This document shows positions 59,555-64,000 of a stretch of 64,000 nucleotides of DNA, piece by piece. Position 1 is the stretch's first letter. The number at the start of each line of letters is the position of its first letter. The position numbers were made by a program, and so were the translations under genes. The notes beneath the pieces were generated by a model. The model searched no databases and was not told the origin of the DNA. It saw nothing but the letters and a program-made list of their open reading frames with translations. This DNA comes from Takakia lepidozioides (Eukaryota; Plantae; Bryophyta): the NCBI GenBank assembly GCA_030704615.1, contig CM060734.1, forward strand, positions 7,750,001 through 7,814,000. Direction: 5' to 3'.

Positions 59555-60389
59555 TCCCCATGGCGTGGGGTGCACTTGGCTTGACTTGTATTTGAGTGAT
59601 GAGGTTATATATGCATGAGTTTATGCTTCAGCTTTGTGAGCTCGCATGAGCTTGTGCTTGTATTCTTCCTCTTTATCACTCGAGAAAGATGAGCTCGTAT
59701 CTATGAGTGCTAGATACGAGTTAGTTGTAGCACTTGTGGTTTTTGCTTGAGAATGAGAGAAACCAAGTTGTTATGCAAGGAGCACCGTGGAGCTCTTGGT
59801 TGTTAGAAGCGGAGGCGATGTGGGTTACGAGGTGGTAAACCTTGGCATTCGATCTTCAGCTTCAGAGATGAAAGCACCATACTGTAGGTAATTCCAGAGC
59901 ACCTTGATGGTTTCAGATTGTGTACATGCATGAGCAAGCACGATTGGGAAGAGGACCAGTCAAGAGCAGGTTATAGTGGCTTTGGTGGCAAAGCTGAGAA
60001 CTGGACTTGGGAATGCGAGCTGTCATTGTGTGAAGGATTGCAAGACCAAGCGAAAGGGCTGATTTGGCTTGGGGCAAATCAGTGCACTTTGTGGAGTATG
60101 GTGAGATTGGGTTTCAATCTCGAGCTTCAGCATTGAGAGGGCTCTTGTCATGGCGAGAGCAGGGCTGGAACAGGAGCTAAGAGGTGCGGCAAGGCCATGG
60201 AATGTGCACCTAGGGTTACAGAGCTTGGAAGAAGAGCTCTTGCACCACAAGAGAAGTGTCTTGTGGCTGGAAATGTAAGCCTTAGGGTTTCAGGAGCTTG
60301 GCAAAGGCTATGGAGTGCTTAGTCTTGTCTTAGAGAGCATCAAGGAGCCAAGGAGCCAAGATAGGGGGCTGATATCTCTTGTGTGAAGA

Positions 60390-60780
60390 GGTTGCATGTG
60401 TGGAGCATGTATTCAGCTCATTGAAGCTTCCATCTTCAAGCTTGGAGGGCAAGCAAGGAAGAGGGAAGGGCTGACTTCCCTTATGTGAGGGCAATGCATG
60501 TGTGGAGCATGCTATCAGCCTGGTGAAGGCTTGCACTTTCAGGTGTGGGAGTGCAAGAAAGGAAGGAAGGGGCTGGTTTCCCTGTAGGGCATGTGGAGCA
60601 TGCTTTCAGCATGCTGAAGCTTGTATTTTCAGGTTTGTGGGTGCAAGAAATGAAGCAAAGGAGCTGATTCTTTTATGGTGAGAGTGGGGCATGTGTGGAG
60701 CATGCCTTCAGCCCATTGAGGCTCTTGTTTTCAAGCTTTAGAGAGCTAGAACGGAAGGTCTAGGGCTGGTTTCCACTTGG
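60390..60780. repeat. Four degenerate tandem units of about 100 bp
   Basis: GCATGTGTGGAGCATG..TCAGC..TGAAG recurs near 60394, 60497, 60589 and 60689. Confidence 0.7.
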
Positions 60781-61212
60781 AGTGAAAGAAAAGCACTTGT
60801 AGGGCCTATGTGAGTTGGGGTTTCAACTTCAAGCTTGAAGGGAGCGCAACTCTTGAAGCAGCAGATGTAGGGGGCTGGAAGAGGCTCTAAGACAGATGCT
60901 ATGGCCAAGGAGAGTGCTTGAATGAGTGCTCACAAGGGCTGGGAACCAGCAGGGCTTGGTTGTTTGCCATTGAGTTTAGTGGCGTGTTTGGGTAGGCTAA
61001 GTGAGAAAGAAGGCTTGGTTTGTGGCAACCACCTCATGGCTTAGGGCTACTATGGTGGTGTGTGGGAGCCGAAAGAGCAAGGATACCTTGCTGATTTCCT
61101 CACAGCCACCATAGCTCGGTGGAAAGAAGCCTAGAGTCCAAGAGACACAAACCCTAGCTTGGCGTGGCTAAACCCCTTGGAGAAATGGCTAAACTGCCAG
61201 AGCGGCCATGTG

Positions 61213-62900
61213 TGGGGCTGTGACAGGCTGTGGCAAGCTGTGACGGGCTGTGACAGGCTGTGGCAAGCTGTGACAGGCTGTGCCCTGTGCCCTGTGGGGC
61301 TGTGACGGGCTGTGTCAGGCTGTGACAGGCTGTGCCCAGTGGCCTGCTGTGACGGGCTGTGCGGGGCTGTGACAGGCTGTGCCCTGAGGCCTGTGGGGCT
61401 GTGACGGGCTGTGACAGGCTGTGCCCATGGCCTTTGGGGCTGTGATGGGCTGTGAGGGGCTGTGACAGGCCGTGCCTGAGGCCTTTGAGGCTGTGATGGG
61501 CTGTGATGGGCTGTGATAGGCTGTGCCCTATGCCCTGTGGGGCTGTGATGGGCTGTGTCAGGCTGTGACAGGCTGTGCCCAGTGGCCTTTGGGGCTGTGA
61601 CGGGCTGTGCGGGGCTGTGACAGGCTGTGCCCTGAGGCCTGTGGGGCTGTGACGGGCTGTGACAGGCTGTGCCCATGGCCTTTGGGGTTGTGATGGGCTG
61701 TGAGGGGCTGTGACAGGCCGTGCCTGAGGCCTTTGCGGCTGTGACGGGCTGTGACGGGCTGTGGCAAGCTGTGACAGGCTGTGATGGGCTGTGACAGGCT
61801 GTGCCCTGTGCCCTGTGGGGCTGTGACGGGCTGTGTCAGGCTGTGCCCAGTGGCCTTTTGGGGCTGTGACGGGCTGTGCGGGGCTGTGACAGGCTGTGCC
61901 CTGAGGCCTGTGGGGCTGTGAGGGGCTGTGACAGGCCGTGCCTGAGGCCTTTGAGGCTGTGATGGGCTGTGATGGGCTGTGACGGGCTGTGTCAGGCTGT
62001 GACAGGCTGTGCCCAGTGGCCTTTGGGGCTGTGACGGGCTGTGCGGGGTTGTGACAGGCTGTGCCCTGAGGCCTGTGGGGCTGTGACGGGCTGTGACAGG
62101 CTGTGCCCATGGCCTTTGGGGCTGTGATGGGCTGTGAGGGGCTGTGACAGTGCCTGAGGCCTTTGCGGCTGTGAGGGGCTGTGAGGGGCTGTGACAGGCC
62201 GTGCCCATGGCCTTTGGGGCTGTGACGGGCTGTGAGGGGCTATGACAGGCCGTGCCCGAGGCCTTTGGGGCTGTGACGGGCTGAGAGGGGCTGTGACAGG
62301 TCGTGCCTGAGGCCTTTGGGGCTGTGACGGGCTGTGAGGGGCTGTGACAGGCCGTGCCTGAGGCCTTTGAGGCTGTGGTGGGCTGTGAGGGGCTGTGACA
62401 GGCCGTGCTTGAGGCCTTTGAGGCTGTGGCGGGCTGTGAGGGGCTGTGACAGGCCGTGCGTGAGGCCTTTGGGGCTGTGATGGGCTGTGAGGGGCTGTGA
62501 CAGGCCGTGCGTGAGGCCTTTGGGGCTGTGACGGGCTGTGAGGGGCTGTGACAGGCCGTGCCTGAGGCCTTTGAGGCTGTGACGGGCTGTGAGGGGCTGT
62601 GACAGGCCGTGCCCATGGCCTTTGGGGCTGTGACGGGCTGTGAGGGGCTGTGACAGGCCGTGCCTGAGGCCTTTGAGGCTGTGACGGGCTGTGAGGGGCT
62701 GTGACAGGCCGTGCCCATGGCCTTTGGGGCTGTGACGGGCTGTGAGGGGCTGTGACAGGCCGCGCCTGAGGCCTTTGGGGCTGTGACGGGCTATGAGGGG
62801 CTGTGACAGGCTGTGCCTGAGGCCTTTGAGGCTGTGACAAGCTGTGAGGGGCTGTGACAGGCTGTGCCCAGTGGCCTGTGGGACTGTGACGGCTGTGACC
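61213..62900. repeat. Minisatellite built from a 10-bp GGCTGTGA(C/G/T)N unit with higher-order units of about 54 bp
   Basis: Directly visible, e.g. GGCCTTTGGGGCTGTGACGGGCTGTGAGGGGCTGTGACAGGCCGTGCCTGA repeated. Confidence 0.97.
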
Positions 62901-63395
62901 AGTGAGCTGTGTGGGCCTGTGCTGGTCTGTGGTGGCCCGTGTTGACCTGTGGATGGCCTGTGCTGACTCGTGGAGGCACTGGTGGACTAAGGACTGGCAT
63001 GTGGTCTGGAAGGCCGAATTTTGAAGCTCGTGGAGGGCGGTTTGAGGAGTATCTTCATGATATTCCCATGGTCATGCAAGTTCAGGTGTAGGCTATGTTA
63101 GGAACTTAGTATTCCAAACCATAAGCCGCAACAGGTTCTCTACCCGGTTACCTTGTGGAGAGGGGGTTAGGGACATGTTCATGACCGGTTGAGTGTCAAC
63201 ACGGAGGTGCCACTAGTTGCTGGGGACAGTGCCGGTTCGAGCACTAGCGATACTAGTGGGTACACGAGACGAGGTGTGCGGTTTAGGCCACCTTCACCTC
63301 CTGTGTCTTCCACAGAAGGTTCTGATTCGGATTGTGAATCAGGAGGGCTCATACCGGCGGTGCAAGTTGTTTCTTTTCCATTATTGTGGGACACA

Positions 63396-64000
63396 ATGGA
63401 GGAGATGTATGGAGCTACCAAGGGGCCACGAAGGTACTCTGGGGCGGTGGGCACCATTGAGTTGGATGATTTTATCCAAGAGTTTGATAGTTGGTGTGAT
63501 TTGCAGCAAATGCGCAATCCACAACTATTTACGCCGTTCATGGCATGGAAAGGGCTATTTCAGCACCTTGAGAGGCCGCCTATGGATGATTACCATGAGT
63601 TCAGGCGGGGGCATGAGGTTGAGATCGAGGAGTGGAGGATGTACTGGTCACCCGACTATGTCTCCATCACTAGGGGCACTAGAGCCACGAGGGCAGTGGC
63701 TACACCTGCCGCTGCACCGGCAGCTTCAGCAAGCAACAGTGGGACTGGTGGTACAGTAGCTACGACGTCCACCCAAGCCACTACCGCACCAGCACTAGCA
63801 CCCGTGCCTGCCTTCAACCCTGTTGTGGAGTTCTTCGAAGAGTTGAGAGGGAACTACCAAGGGGTGAGGACAGAGAAGTTGCGGAGCTTGCAAGAGTTCC
63901 AACGGAAGCCGACCGAGAGCTTGAGGGAGGCTTTCACTCGCATGAGGCGCTTGATAAATGTAACCCAAGGGGTTACGGAAGCTCAGGCAGTCCAATTATG
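63396..64000 (+). mobile_element. LTR retrotransposon gag N-terminus; runs off the window end
   Basis: MEEMYGATKGPRRYSG..ELDDFIQEFDSWCD...LRSLQEFQRKPTESLREAFTRMRRL fits the retrotransposon gag Q...ES..E...R motif. Confidence 0.8.

Noticed and set aside
61131-62840. Long Pro/Ser/Thr/His-rich ORFs (181-386 aa) on the minus strand
   Set aside because: They are stop-free by-products of the minisatellite, open in several frames at once.

Overview
Eukaryotic, intron-containing and transposon-dense DNA, most consistent with a non-seed land plant (inferred from a BOP-type gene, a PLS-PPR relic, TTTAGGG-like tracts and a chromovirus integrase). There are two host genes. One is a damaged BLADE-ON-PETIOLE/NPR-family BTB-ankyrin gene (+, 3355-8565). 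The other is an apparently intact 9-exon, 379-aa tandem-rhodanese gene (-, 27849-9869) that I reconstructed by hand; its 13.4-kb second intron is filled with LINEs. The rest is nested mobile DNA: three different non-LTR lineages (CRE-like RLE, an RTEX/L2-like family that repeatedly inserts at CT-rich sites, and a Dualen/RandI- or L1-like element), two hAT MITEs with 8-bp TSDs, a CACTA transposase fragment, several Ty3/gypsy pieces, an organelle-type group II intron maturase fragment, and several palindrome-cored tandem arrays. The most notable item is an inverted-repeat-bounded element (about 53.8-58.4 kb). It carries a SWIM zinc-finger gene divergent from a spliced gene whose product has the C-terminal motifs of prokaryote-type (beta-class) N4-cytosine/N6-adenine DNA methyltransferases, suggesting a transposon carrying its own DNA-modifying enzyme. 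All family assignments come from motif recognition by eye; no database search was run.
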